Numbered from the stretch's first letter, positions 36,471 to 46,154 are shown. The stretch: DNA of 64,000 nt from Jatrophihabitans sp. (GCF_036389215.1 NZ_DASVQG010000144.1:4300-68299); one strand, 5' to 3'. Notes: generated by a model not told the origin, from the letters alone. A program made the numbers and translations.

Positions 36471-38201
36471 ATGAGCACCGCTGAGGACCACTCCCACGTA
36501 ACCTTCGCTGACCTGGACATCGACGAGCGGGTGCTGCGAGCGCTGGCTGATGTCGGCTATGAGAACCCGTCGCCGATCCAGGCCGCCACCATCCCGGCGC
36601 TCATGACCGGCCGGCACGTCGTCGGCCTGGCCCAGACCGGCACCGGCAAGACCGCCGCGTTCGCGGTGCCGATCCTGTCCCGGATCGACCTGAGCCAGCG
36701 GGCGCCGCAGGCGCTGGTCCTGGCGCCGACCCGCGAGCTGGCGCTGCAGGTGTCCGAGGCGATCGGCAAGTACGCCCATTACCTGCCCGGCCTGAACGTG
36801 CTGCCCATCTACGGCGGGTCGAGCTACGGCGTGCAGCTGTCGGGCCTGCGCCGCGGCGCGCACGTGGTGGTCGGCACCCCGGGCCGGGTGATCGACCACC
36901 TGGAGAAGAAGACCCTGGACCTGACCCAGCTGCGCTTCCTGGTGCTGGACGAGGCCGACGAGATGCTGAACATGGGCTTCGCCGAGGACGTCGAGACGAT
37001 CCTGAAGGACACCCCGGCCGACAAGCAGGTGGCGCTGTTCTCGGCGACCATGCCGGCCCAGATCAGGCGGATCGCCAAGCGGTACCTCACCGACGCCGCC
37101 GAGATCACCGTCAAGACCAAGACCGTCACGGCGGCCAATACCCGCCAGCGTTACCTGCAGGTGGCCAACCCGCAGAAGATGGACGCCCTGACCCGGATCC
37201 TGGAGATCGAGCCGTTCGAGGCGATGATCGTCTTCGTCCGCACCAAGCAGGCCACCGAGGAGCTGGCCGAGCGGTTGCGGGCCCGGGGCTTCTCGGCGGC
37301 GGCCATCAACGGCGACCTGGTGCAGGCGCAGCGCGAGCGCACCATCGCCCAGCTCCGCAGCGGCGCCCTGGACATCCTGGTGGCCACCGACGTGGCGGCC
37401 CGCGGGCTGGACGTCGAGCGGATCAGCCACGTGCTGAACTACGACATCCCCACCGACACCGAGTCCTACATCCACCGGATCGGGCGCACCGGCCGGGCCG
37501 GCCGGACCGGCGAGGCGCTGCTGTTCATGACCCACCGGGAACGGCACCTGCTCAGCGCGATCGAGCGGGCCACCCGGCAGCCGCTGACCGAGATGGCGCT
37601 GCCGACCGTCGAGGACGTCAACAGCACCCGGGTCGCGAAGTTCGCCGACTCCATCACGGCGAACCTGGCCTCGCCGCAACTGGGGTTCTTCCGGGGCCTG
37701 GTCGAGGATTACGTGCGCGAGCACGACGTGCCGATGGCCGATGTCGCGGCGGCGCTGGCGGTGCTGTCCCAGGACGGCGAGTCTTTCCTGATGGCTCCCG
37801 AAGCTCCGGTGGTGCGAAGGAAGAACGAGTTCGGTTCTGCGGGGGACCGGGCCTTCGACCGGGATCGGGACCGGGACCGGCCGGCGGTCCGGGTGGCCGG
37901 GCAGCGCCGCACCAAGTCCGACGGCCGGCTGGCCACCTACCGGATCCGGGTCGGCAAGCGGCACAAGGTGCAGCCGGGAGCGATCGTGGGCGCCATCGCC
38001 AACGAGGGCGGCCTGAGCCGGCAGGACTTCGGCCACATCGATATCAAGGTCGACCACAGCCTGGTCGAGTTACCGGCGGACCTGCCACCCCGGACGCTGG
38101 ACGCGCTGAGCCGGACCCGGATCTCGGGCCAGCTGATCGAGCTGACCCGCGAGGACGGCGAGCGGCCCGGTCGGGTCAAGAAGCCGCGTCACAGGGGCTG
38201 A
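36471..38201 (+). CDS. deaD: ATP-dependent RNA helicase DeaD/CsdA
   Basis: AQTGTGKT, PTRELA, DEAD, SAT, HRIGRTGRAG, and a DbpA-type C-terminal RNA-binding domain. Confidence 0.93.
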   Translation: MSTAEDHSHVTFADLDIDERVLRALADVGYENPSPIQAATIPALMTGRHVVGLAQTGTGKTAAFAVPILSRIDLSQRAPQALVLAPTRELALQVSEAIGKYAHYLPGLNVLPIYGGSSYGVQLSGLRRGAHVVVGTPGRVIDHLEKKTLDLTQLRFLVLDEADEMLNMGFAEDVETILKDTPADKQVALFSATMPAQIRRIAKRYLTDAAEITVKTKTVTAANTRQRYLQVANPQKMDALTRILEIEPFEAMIVFVRTKQATEELAERLRARGFSAAAINGDLVQAQRERTIAQLRSGALDILVATDVAARGLDVERISHVLNYDIPTDTESYIHRIGRTGRAGRTGEALLFMTHRERHLLSAIERATRQPLTEMALPTVEDVNSTRVAKFADSITANLASPQLGFFRGLVEDYVREHDVPMADVAAALAVLSQDGESFLMAPEAPVVRRKNEFGSAGDRAFDRDRDRDRPAVRVAGQRRTKSDGRLATYRIRVGKRHKVQPGAIVGAIANEGGLSRQDFGHIDIKVDHSLVELPADLPPRTLDALSRTRISGQLIELTREDGERPGRVKKPRHRG

Positions 38202-38231
38202 CGCTGGGGCGCTGCGTTTCGTAAGCCGGCT

Positions 38232-38301
38232 CGCCAGGCCGGTTCGCCAGGCCGGTTCGTCAGGCCGGTTCAGCGGCTTGTCAGGCCGGTTCGTCAGGCC
38301 G
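38232..38301. repeat. 13-bp imperfect tandem repeat between convergent genes
   Basis: CG(C/T)CAGGCCGGTT units, about 5 copies with one interruption. Confidence 0.8.
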
Positions 38302-38755
38302 CCAGTGGCGCCGCGCCGGCCACGAAGTCCTCCATGATCAGGATGCTGGCCGCCCGCAGCGGCTGCTCGGCGGCCCAGCTCACCTCGTCGGCTGCGAGCG
38401 CCGAGCCGAGCATCGGCGGCCGGTGCGGCCGGGCCTGCAGCACCGCACCCAGCGCCCGGACCAGCAAGGGTGCCTGCCGGGCGAGGATGACGTGCGAGGT
38501 GACCAGTGCCCAGGCCGGCCCGTCGCCGTCGGGCACCAGCCCGAGCAGCCGGGTGTCCAGGCGCCGCCGGCGCGCGTCGGCCAGGCTCAGCTCGGCCAGC
38601 AGCGGCTGCGGCCAGCCGCGCTCCTCGGCGTCGGTGCAGAACGCCACCCGGACCAGCTCCGGACCGAACTCCGCTGCCAGCGCTCCGCAGGTGTAGGCCG
38701 CAGCCAGGTTGCCGTACACCGACGAGTACTCGAAGGTCAGGGGTTGTGCCGCCAT
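38294..38755 (-). CDS. Hypothetical protein
   Basis: ATG 38755 with GGAG RBS; ordinary composition; no family recognised. Confidence 0.6.
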   Translation of the reverse strand: MAAQPLTFEYSSVYGNLAAAYTCGALAAEFGPELVRVAFCTDAEERGWPQPLLAELSLADARRRRLDTRLLGLVPDGDGPAWALVTSHVILARQAPLLVRALGAVLQARPHRPPMLGSALAADEVSWAAEQPLRAASILIMEDFVAGAAPLAA

Positions 38756-38889
38756 CTTCTCCGCCTTCCGCGCGACCCGATGGCCCATTCCAGTGCCCCA
38801 CTGTGACAACCGGATGACGCCGGCATGACGGCAACGACATTTCGCTGGCGACCGCGATCACAGCCTCTGGACACCGGCCTCTCTGCTGA

Positions 38890-38908
38890 TTAGGGTCGCC
38901 TAACCTAA
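38890..38908 (+). promoter_or_regulatory. DtxR/IdeR-type metal box
   Basis: TTAGGGTCGCCTAACCTAA matches TTAGGTTAGCCTAACCTAA at 17 of 19 positions; 23 bp upstream of the ZIP start. Confidence 0.85.
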
Positions 38909-38931
38909 CAACCCCGGCAAAGGAGGACGAC

Positions 38932-39777
38932 GTGACCGGTGGTGAGATCGTCGCCCTGGGAGCGATCGCAGGCGGCACGATAGTGCTCGGACTGCCGGTC
39001 GCCCGCTCCCGTGGCCTGTCGCGGGGCACCCGCTCGCTGCTGAACGCGGTGGCGATCGGCATCCTGCTGTTCCTGTTCTGGGACATCCTCAGCCACGCGG
39101 TGGAACCGGTCGAGGACGCGCTGATGTCGGCCCACGCCGGCGAGGCGAGCTGGCTGCGGTTCGGCTGGCTGGCCGCGGTGCTGGCGGCCGGGGTGACCGC
39201 GGGGCTGGTGCCGCTCGGTTACTACGACCGCTGGATGGCCGGCCGGCGCACCAGGTTCGGTCCGGGCGCGATGGCGGTGAACGAGCCGGCCACCAGAGCC
39301 GAGACCGGGCTGCTGGCCCATCCGACGTTCCGGTTGGCGTTGCTGATCGCGATCGGCATCGGACTGCACAACTTCTCCGAGGGCCTGGCGATCGGGCAGT
39401 CGGCGGCCGGCGGCGAGATCGGGCTGGCAGTGCTTCTGGTGATCGGATTCGCGCTGCACAACGCGACCGAGGGGTTCGGGATCACGGCGCCGTTCGCGGC
39501 CGCCGAGGTCCGGCCCAGCTGGTCGGTGCTCGGGCTGCTCGGGCTGATCGGCGGTGGGCCGACCTTCCTCGGAACGCTGATCGGCCAGTCGTTCAGCAAC
39601 GACGCGGTGTCCATCCTGTTCCTTGCTCTGGCCGCCGGGTCGATCCTGTTCGTGGTGATCGAGCTGGTCGGGGTGGCGCTGCGGATGGGCGGCAAGCACG
39701 TCCTGTACTGGGGGCTGATGATCGGCCTGGTCGCGGGCTTCGCCACCGACTTCCTGATCACGGTGGCGGGCGTCTGA
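38932..39777 (+). CDS. ZIP-family divalent metal transporter
   Basis: GIGLHNFSEG and FALHNATEG metal-binding helices; RBS AAGGAGG. Confidence 0.92.
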   Translation: MTGGEIVALGAIAGGTIVLGLPVARSRGLSRGTRSLLNAVAIGILLFLFWDILSHAVEPVEDALMSAHAGEASWLRFGWLAAVLAAGVTAGLVPLGYYDRWMAGRRTRFGPGAMAVNEPATRAETGLLAHPTFRLALLIAIGIGLHNFSEGLAIGQSAAGGEIGLAVLLVIGFALHNATEGFGITAPFAAAEVRPSWSVLGLLGLIGGGPTFLGTLIGQSFSNDAVSILFLALAAGSILFVVIELVGVALRMGGKHVLYWGLMIGLVAGFATDFLITVAGV

Positions 39778-39935
39778 GGCCGCTTCATCCGGCGTATTGC
39801 CGAGAAGGACCGCGTTGCTCCAAGCCAGGCCGCCCGTCAGGGCGCTGGGTCACCGGAGAATCGGCATCCCTAGTATATTGGGGATATCCGTAGTTTACTA
39901 CGGACGTCCTCGTAACTACTGACCCGAAGGCCTGC

Positions 39936-40586
39936 ATGAACGTCTCCGTGCCCTCTGAGGCAGTCGTGCCGACCCTGGACGGCGCCGTGCTGGTCACCTT
40001 GGCCAAGCTATTGACGCCGGTCACGGGACGCCAGGTACACCAGCTGACCGGCATGGGCTCCGAAGCAGGCGTCCGCAACGTACTCAACCGCTTGGTGCAC
40101 CAGGGCATCGTGCGAGCCAGTCCCGCCGGCAGCGCCTGGCTGTACGTGGCTAACCGTGAGCACGTCGCCTGGATAGCCGTGGAAGCGCTGGCCGCACTGC
40201 GTACCGAGCTGTTGTCGCGGCTCCGGTCCGAAGTCGGCATGTGGAAGTTGGCCGCACGGTCCGCGGCGATGTTCGGCTCGGCCGCGCGTGGCGACGGCGA
40301 CGCTGACAGCGATATTGACATTCTGCTGGTGCACACCGCCGGCGCCGACGAGAGTCCGGACACCTGGCAGGCGCAGGTGGACCGGCTGCGCGAGCTAGTG
40401 CCGGTGTGGACCGGTAACGCCTGCCAGGTCTACGACATCCACGAGGATGAGATCCTGCGGCTCATCGCCGAGCGCGACCCCGTCCTAGCCGAATGGCGGC
40501 GGGACGCTATTCCGCTCGCCGGCACGGGTATCCGCAACCTGTTGCGCGATCTCGGCTACCGGATGAGCCTGGAACGTGAGGCGTGA
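39936..40586 (+). CDS. MNT (minimal nucleotidyltransferase) antitoxin-like protein with N-terminal wHTH
   Basis: MFGSAARGDGDADSDIDILLV (GS..RG..D.D motif). Confidence 0.88.
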   Translation: MNVSVPSEAVVPTLDGAVLVTLAKLLTPVTGRQVHQLTGMGSEAGVRNVLNRLVHQGIVRASPAGSAWLYVANREHVAWIAVEALAALRTELLSRLRSEVGMWKLAARSAAMFGSAARGDGDADSDIDILLVHTAGADESPDTWQAQVDRLRELVPVWTGNACQVYDIHEDEILRLIAERDPVLAEWRRDAIPLAGTGIRNLLRDLGYRMSLEREA

Positions 40587-40996
40587 CCGTCCGGGCTGGG
40601 CGCACCCAGACTTGTGGCAAGAGCGAGGCTCGCACCCGGCTGGAGCACGCCCGCGCGTTCGCCGACACTGCCGAGCTGGCGCTGGACACCGAGAATGACG
40701 CCAGCCTGAACGTCTCCGCGTCGCTGGCGGTACTGGCCGGTATCGCATCCTCCGATGCTGTCTGCTGCGCCGTGCTGGGCAACCGGGCACGGGGCCAGAA
40801 CCACCGGGAAGCCGTAGACCTGCTGTCCGGTGTCGCAGCCGTCGGTGCCGAGATGAGCAAGAACCTCGCCCGCCTGCTTGATCTGAAGGACAACGCGCAT
40901 TACGGCGTCTTCTTTCTCAGCGAGACGAAGGCACGGCAGGCGGTGAAGTGGGCTCAGCGGATGGTGACCGCCGCGGAGACGGCCGTGCTGGGATGA
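40583..40996 (+). CDS. HEPN-domain protein (putative toxin)
   Basis: All-helical 137 aa, HREAVDLL and KDNAHY motifs; 4-bp overlap with the MNT gene. Confidence 0.75.
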   Translation: MTVRAGRTQTCGKSEARTRLEHARAFADTAELALDTENDASLNVSASLAVLAGIASSDAVCCAVLGNRARGQNHREAVDLLSGVAAVGAEMSKNLARLLDLKDNAHYGVFFLSETKARQAVKWAQRMVTAAETAVLG

Positions 40997-41036
40997 TCAG
41001 CAACTGCGGCCAGTCCAGGATGTCGCGAGACATCAG

Positions 41037-41348
41037 ATGGCGGAGGTGATCTTTGCCTACTCGAACTTCCGGCTTCCGGAGCTGCCGGGGAGGAGCACAG
41101 GCGGCCCTAGCTCGGAAGAACCCGGCTTGCTGGACCAATCGGCTTGCCGGGCACCTCTGCTGCTATCGCGCGATGACGGACCGCCGCCTGACACCTCTTG
41201 GCGGATCACAGAGCAGCAGCGAGCCGAGGTTCGCCGCCTTCATGCCGCAGGCCTTTCCATGACCAAGATCGCTCAGCAGACAGGAATGGCTTGGGCAACC
41301 GCTCGGTTGATCATCGATGCAGCAGCTGACTCGGTGGAGGCAGGTTAG
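41037..41348 (+). CDS. Small protein or remnant ending in a resolvase-like HTH
   Basis: ITEQQRAEVRRLHAAGLSMTKIAQQTGMAWATARLII. Confidence 0.5.
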   Translation: MAEVIFAYSNFRLPELPGRSTGGPSSEEPGLLDQSACRAPLLLSRDDGPPPDTSWRITEQQRAEVRRLHAAGLSMTKIAQQTGMAWATARLIIDAAADSVEAG

Positions 41349-41439
41349 TAGCTAAGTCGTCCTATGGCACCGACCGGATGCGCAGACCTGTCCCTCCTTG
41401 GGTGCATACTCGAAATGAACGAGTATGTGAGGAGTAGGA

Positions 41440-42669
41440 GTGACGGTCTTCGAGGAGGACGGCTTCGGCCGCGCCGATGACTTTGGTGAGGACATGACCG
41501 AGACCGGATTTGCACGAGAGCGGAAGGCGGACAGGACGTACCTGTCAAAGACGTTCCATATTGACCGAGAGACCTCCTCCGATTTCCGTCAGCCCGCCAG
41601 GATCATCCACAAGGTATTCGACTGTTACCGAGTTGCGCTTCGACGGCGAGGAGTGGACCGTCTACGAATCCGAGGCGGGAAGGGTTCAGCTGAAGTTGCT
41701 CGTGGTGCGCGAGCAAGGTCGCGTCAAGGAGCTCTGGGTACAGAAAGTGCCTTCTCCAGGTGTAGTGGGCAAGACGAAGATCATCCTCAACCTGCGTGAA
41801 CCAAACGTCACCAAGCTCATCGATTTGATACGCGGCCTTGACTACATAAAACTCGAAGGTGGAGCGACGGTACGTGTAGATGATTCGCTGATCCGGCAGG
41901 TCTTCGATGATCCGTTAGCTCTGGACCAGGCATATGCCAAGGACCGGGAGAAGTTCAAGAAGCTGATCCAAAACGACGTCGCTGCAAAGGACGTCATCGC
42001 ACTGGCGCACCGTCGCGAGCAAGTGGCGCTCTTCCGCCGGTACATTCAGGATCAGAAGTACTTTGAGTCAGTACGCGAGAACACGCCGGGTAAGTCTGCC
42101 GAGAAGGTCTGGCAGCTTCTGTTCGAGGCCAACCCGTGGATCTTGGGGCTGGGCCTCGGTACCAGGTTACTAACGTCCTGGGATGACGATCGCCTTGAAC
42201 AGATAGTCGCTGGCTCCAATGTCGCGGGTGCCGGCAAACGTGTCGATGCGTTCATGCAGACCGCTGGCCGAATCAGATCCATGGTGTTCGCTGAAATAAA
42301 GACGCATGCTACACCTTGTTACAGAAGGACTTCTACCGCTCAGGATGCTGGGCACCAACCGACGAAATGGCTGGTGAAGTTGCCCAGGTTCAGGGAACCG
42401 TCCACCGGGCTTCTATGCAGCTCAATGAACGGATCAGCCAGAAAGATGAGACTGGAGCTGAGGTTCCAGGTGAGTTTGGCTATTTATTAAAGCCGAAGTC
42501 GTTTCTTATAGTTGGTCAACTCAACGAGTTCGTGGGACCTGCAGGTGGACATAATGTTGACAAGGTTAGGTCGTTCGAGCTCTACCGACGCAATCTAGGC
42601 GAGCCTGAAATTATCACATTCGACGAACTCTTGGCGCGTGCTAATTGGATCGTTGAGTCCAACATCTAG
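41440..42669 (+). pseudogene. sduA: Shedu (SduA, DUF4263) anti-phage nuclease with two frameshifts
   Basis: Three consecutive frames join up: ..HKVFD / VTELRFDGEEW...FEANPWILG...RVDAFM..FAEIKTHAT / LLQKDFYRSGCW...AQVQ...IITFDELL. Shifts near 41622 and 42315. Confidence 0.85.
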
Positions 42670-42686
42670 ACCCTTGCCCTTAACTC

Positions 42687-43382
42687 CTACTTCTTAAACG
42701 CTGATGCCGCTGCTATTGCTGCCGCTGCCGCAGCGACGCCTGTCGCAAGGAACGAGACTAATGCGGTTAGGCTTTCACGCGTTTGGAAGCTGAGGCCAAA
42801 CGCACCGAACTCAAGCGTCAGATCATTTTCGCTAGATTCACGTGGATGCTCTTGAACATTGACGTTTTCGAGCGGCGCTGCAAGCGAACAGGTAGCTACA
42901 GAATCGACTAGTGCAGATACAGTAAGGGTCCCGCCATGGCGCAGCAGGCCCGGACCGACAAGGACGGTGTTACCGCTCAGACGAACCGGCAACAGGCCGT
43001 CTTTTTCCGTCGCCTCAGGTTCGAGTAGAGCGAGTACATTCGCGTTGAACGACAGAACGACGGGCCTACCTCCGTCAAAGGAAACCGTGCCAATGTCGGT
43101 CTTGCTGGCGTTTTCAAGACGCACCGTAGCGATGGCTGGGTGATCGACTGGATTGCCCTGCCACGTGACGACGAGTTCTCCCGTCAGACGATGGTCATTA
43201 CGAACCATTGGGACTACTGTTTGACTCCACCGAAGCGTGCGCCGGTTCCTGGCGATTACAAGCGTTCGCCACGCAAACCAACCAAGCGCGAGCGTTACGA
43301 TTACGAGGGCGACTGTTAGCCAGAACGTCCCGGAGACATATAGGTGGTCACTCGAACTTGACTCCTTCGGCGTGGTTGTCAC
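42687..43382 (-). CDS. Hypothetical membrane-anchored protein
   Basis: 231-aa ORF; N-terminal TM helix, beta-rich middle, hydrophobic C-terminus. Confidence 0.65.
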   Translation of the reverse strand: MTTTPKESSSSDHLYVSGTFWLTVALVIVTLALGWFAWRTLVIARNRRTLRWSQTVVPMVRNDHRLTGELVVTWQGNPVDHPAIATVRLENASKTDIGTVSFDGGRPVVLSFNANVLALLEPEATEKDGLLPVRLSGNTVLVGPGLLRHGGTLTVSALVDSVATCSLAAPLENVNVQEHPRESSENDLTLEFGAFGLSFQTRESLTALVSFLATGVAAAAAAIAAASAFKK

Positions 43383-43621
43383 GGAGTCCAGTGTCGACTA
43401 TTGCCACCACGCGGGCCAAGCGAGGGTCACGGGCATGTGGCGCACGGTTGTGCTCGTGTGGCGTGGACAAGGAGGTTCCTCGCGCATACAGAGGCCTCCG
43501 CGTGGATTGTGCACGCGCTGGGGGCCGAGCGGCGCGACCGTTTCCGTCGCCACGCTCCGCCCAAGCCAGGTCGTATTGGCCAATGGAACCAAGCAGCGTG
43601 CGGGCACCGTTGTTCCACTTG

Positions 43622-43796
43622 CGACGACGGACCAACACCGGACTCCTGCTCGCGCATCACGGAGCACCACCGTGCCGCCGGTTCGCCAGCTTCACGCCCC
43701 AGGCCTTTCCACCACCAAGCTCGCCAAGCTGACTGGGATGGCATGGTCTACTGCTCAGCTGATCATCGAGGCAGCAGCAGACTCGATGAGGGTTAG
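43622..43796 (+). pseudogene. Degenerate, frameshifted second copy of the 41171-41348 HTH segment
   Basis: DDGPTPDSCSRITEHHRA / VRQLHAPGLSTTKLAKLTGMAWSTAQLIIEAAADS aligns with copy 1. Confidence 0.75.
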
Positions 43797-43875
43797 TAAC
43801 GGTCCACTCCCCATAGCGACTGCCATCCTGCGCAACTCCCTTATGCAACTGCCTGCGTCCAGGCAGCGTGGCAGT

Positions 43876-44622
43876 CTAGGCGCCTAACAGGCGCGCCAAC
43901 ACAGACGCAAGGACGCTGGCACCGACGTTGGAGCCGAAGGAGCCGACGGCCTCAAGGATCCGACGTGCCGTCGATCGCTGCTCGTCGGGCCGATTGGGGT
44001 CATTCGCTACCTCCTGCAGAGCGTTGATCAGCGCATAGACGGCGGTCTCCGCTGAGGGCCATGCGCCCGCGCGGCGACGGCCCTCGCCGGAGACCGCATC
44101 TATCAGCCATGCGTTGCTGTTGGCGCCACGCCGGACACCAACAAGCAAACCATCGTTCTCTAGGGCGCGAATCCCGACCTGAACAGTTCCGAGGTCGAAA
44201 CCCGTCAGTTGGGCGATGTCCTCGGGGGCGATGTCTGGCGCACTTGGGTCCGCCTCATGCAGTTGGAGTGCCGCCCGCAAAATCCGTAGGTCCCGTCTGA
44301 TCCAGGTCTCGTCGTCGACGTTACCCATCACCATCGCCGAACCCGGTGTTGCAGCGCGTGGCGGATCGCAGTGTTCGATCCGAAGGTCAATATTCGCGAG
44401 TGACCCGCCTGGATAGACGGTTACGTCTCGCACGACCCAGTGCTCGACATTTCCATTCGCCAGTGTCGCGCGCAAGATATCGCCGCGTTGTACATCGGTG
44501 GTATCACCGGAGATGTGTGCTCGATCCCGATCTAGGAGCGCCCGGACCATGCCGTGGGGATGCAGGCTTTCAGACGGCCGGATGAGCTCTACGTCGGTCC
44601 CGTGAGTCTGAAAAAGGTCCAC
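43876..44622 (-). CDS. Hypothetical two-domain protein (beta-rich N-terminus, wHTH-like C-terminus)
   Basis: Likely GTG start 44622; IAPEDIAQLTGFDLGTVQVGIRALENDGLLVG resembles a winged helix. Confidence 0.6.
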   Translation of the reverse strand: MDLFQTHGTDVELIRPSESLHPHGMVRALLDRDRAHISGDTTDVQRGDILRATLANGNVEHWVVRDVTVYPGGSLANIDLRIEHCDPPRAATPGSAMVMGNVDDETWIRRDLRILRAALQLHEADPSAPDIAPEDIAQLTGFDLGTVQVGIRALENDGLLVGVRRGANSNAWLIDAVSGEGRRRAGAWPSAETAVYALINALQEVANDPNRPDEQRSTARRILEAVGSFGSNVGASVLASVLARLLGA

Positions 44623-44931
44623 GTGGCAAGCATGCCAGGGCACCCCAACAGCATGCGGACTGGGACGCCTTGACCATCCGCTGGTCATCATCGAGGCTGC
44701 AATTGATCCGGCGGAGGAGGTTCGTACGAGATTGATCAGGTGCCCCTGACCGAACAGCTTACGAACGAGCAATTCGGTAAAAATAACATAAAGCTTTCAG
44801 GGCTCCGAGACCAGAATCGGGCGGTCGTGGGCGAAGGCTGAGTGTGTCAATGTGGGTGCGGTACAAGGATTGCCGCCAAACGCTGTTTCGTCGATCCGGC
44901 TCATTATGACGCTTGGCGGTCGCGCTCAGAC

Positions 44932-45351
44932 CTACGGTGACCGTAGAGCAGGCGAGGGCAGCGCCAGATCACCTGCATGAAACAGGAGTCGCCGCCGGAT
45001 GCTGCCTCTGACAGCCACAGTTGCCCCACTCGAACCCTGTCCAGGAAAGAGCAATGCGTGCTCGACAGTCGCCTGGTCCACCCAGCGCGCCGCCAGGCTG
45101 AATGCTGCCAACTGCTCAAGGGCAAGCTGCTCCTCGCCACCGTCGGCGAGTGGGCGGTTTGTGCATCCGGTGTTGCGGACGGCCCAATACAGGCCTCTCC
45201 CAGCTCTGGCCCCCTGATGCACGTTCTTAAGGTTGTCGCTTCCATCGTTTGGCATGAGGCGCAGGCGCGGGTGATCGGCCTGTGGGTCGTTGAGGGAGAA
45301 CGCTTGCTGGAACAGCTTCGCCTCACCTGGATGGGTCAGCCTCAGCTTGGC
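44932..45351 (-). pseudogene. N-terminally truncated TIGR02391-like protein
   Basis: LFQQAFSLNDP...NVHQGA..GLYWAVRNTGC...EQLALEQLAAFSLAARWVDQA resembles the TIGR02391 C-terminus; in-frame TAG at 45352-45354 and no start. Confidence 0.55.
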
Positions 45352-45402
45352 CTACGTGTCGGCGGTCACGGGCTGGGCCGCGCGGCCATGACGGCCTGGT
45401 GA

Positions 45403-46066
45403 TGTGACTGGGTAGCGCAGATCGAGCAGGCGGTGGCCAGCCACTACCGAACGGTGACCTTGCCGGTCGACCTGCGGCAGGAACTCGCCGCCGGGTTTGA
45501 CAAGGCCGCCGAGGATCATCAGAACCAAGACGCCAGCCATAAGGTGCACTTGCGCAAACGACTGGCCGAGCTTGACCGCCAAGAGGACCGCTACATCGAA
45601 CTTGCCGCCGATCCCGACTGGCCGAAGGCCAAGCTCACCCAGAAGCTACGTGACATCCGCGACGAGCGAGCCCGACTCGAAGGGCGCCTGAACCAAACCA
45701 CCGCACAGCTCGATCAAGGCCAGGCGAACGCACGGCTCTTGCTGGACTACCCCTACGAGCTGTACCTCGGGTCAGAAGTTCAGGACCGCACGAAGCTCAA
45801 CCGGCTGCTGTTCAAGAAGGTCAAAATCGACGTAACTGAGGGTCATAACCCCCAAGTCACCAGTGATGAGATGCTTGAACCGTTCGCCTCGGTCGTCTAC
45901 TTCCGCCGCCAGCATGAGACGCCGACGGACAGCGGGCTGGGCACCGTCTACCTACGCGAAGCAGGCGGCGCTCCACTGAGGAGCCCCGCCTGCGACAACC
46001 ATCTGCTGTCCCTACTCGAACGGGCCCTCAGCGGCGAGCCTCTCAAGGGTTCAAGTAAGAACACAA
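45403..46066 (+). pseudogene. C-terminal remnant of a large serine recombinase/integrase
   Basis: IEQAVASHY, a coiled-coil (RKRLAELDRQEDRYIEL), RTKLNRLLFKKV; the frame runs into the tRNA antisense (GSSKNTMAEDRGFEP); no catalytic domain. Confidence 0.7.
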
Positions 46067-46154
46067 TGGCGGAGGATAGGGGATTCGAACCCCTGAGGGC
46101 GTTAACCCAACACGCTTTCCAAGCGTGCGCACTAGGCCACTATGCGAATCCTCC
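46067..46154 (-). tRNA. tRNA-Ser(GGA)
   Basis: GGAGGATTCGCATAGTGGCCTAGTGCGCACGCTTGGAAAGCGTGTTGGGTTAACGCCCTCAGGGGTTCGAATCCCCTATCCTCCGCCA. Confidence 0.97.

Larger units (their letters stand above)
39800..46066. mobile_element. Decayed genomic/defence island at the tRNA-Ser(GGA) 3' end
   Basis: Visibly lower GC at 41.4-45 kb, integrase remnant abutting the tRNA, and TA/defence cargo; left boundary uncertain. Confidence 0.65.

Noticed and set aside
36456-38057. 533-aa minus-strand ORF
   Set aside because: Antisense shadow of deaD.
14054-38301. Short tandem repeats (14054, 17577, 35185, 38232) as CRISPR arrays
   Set aside because: No unique spacers between units and no cas genes in the window.
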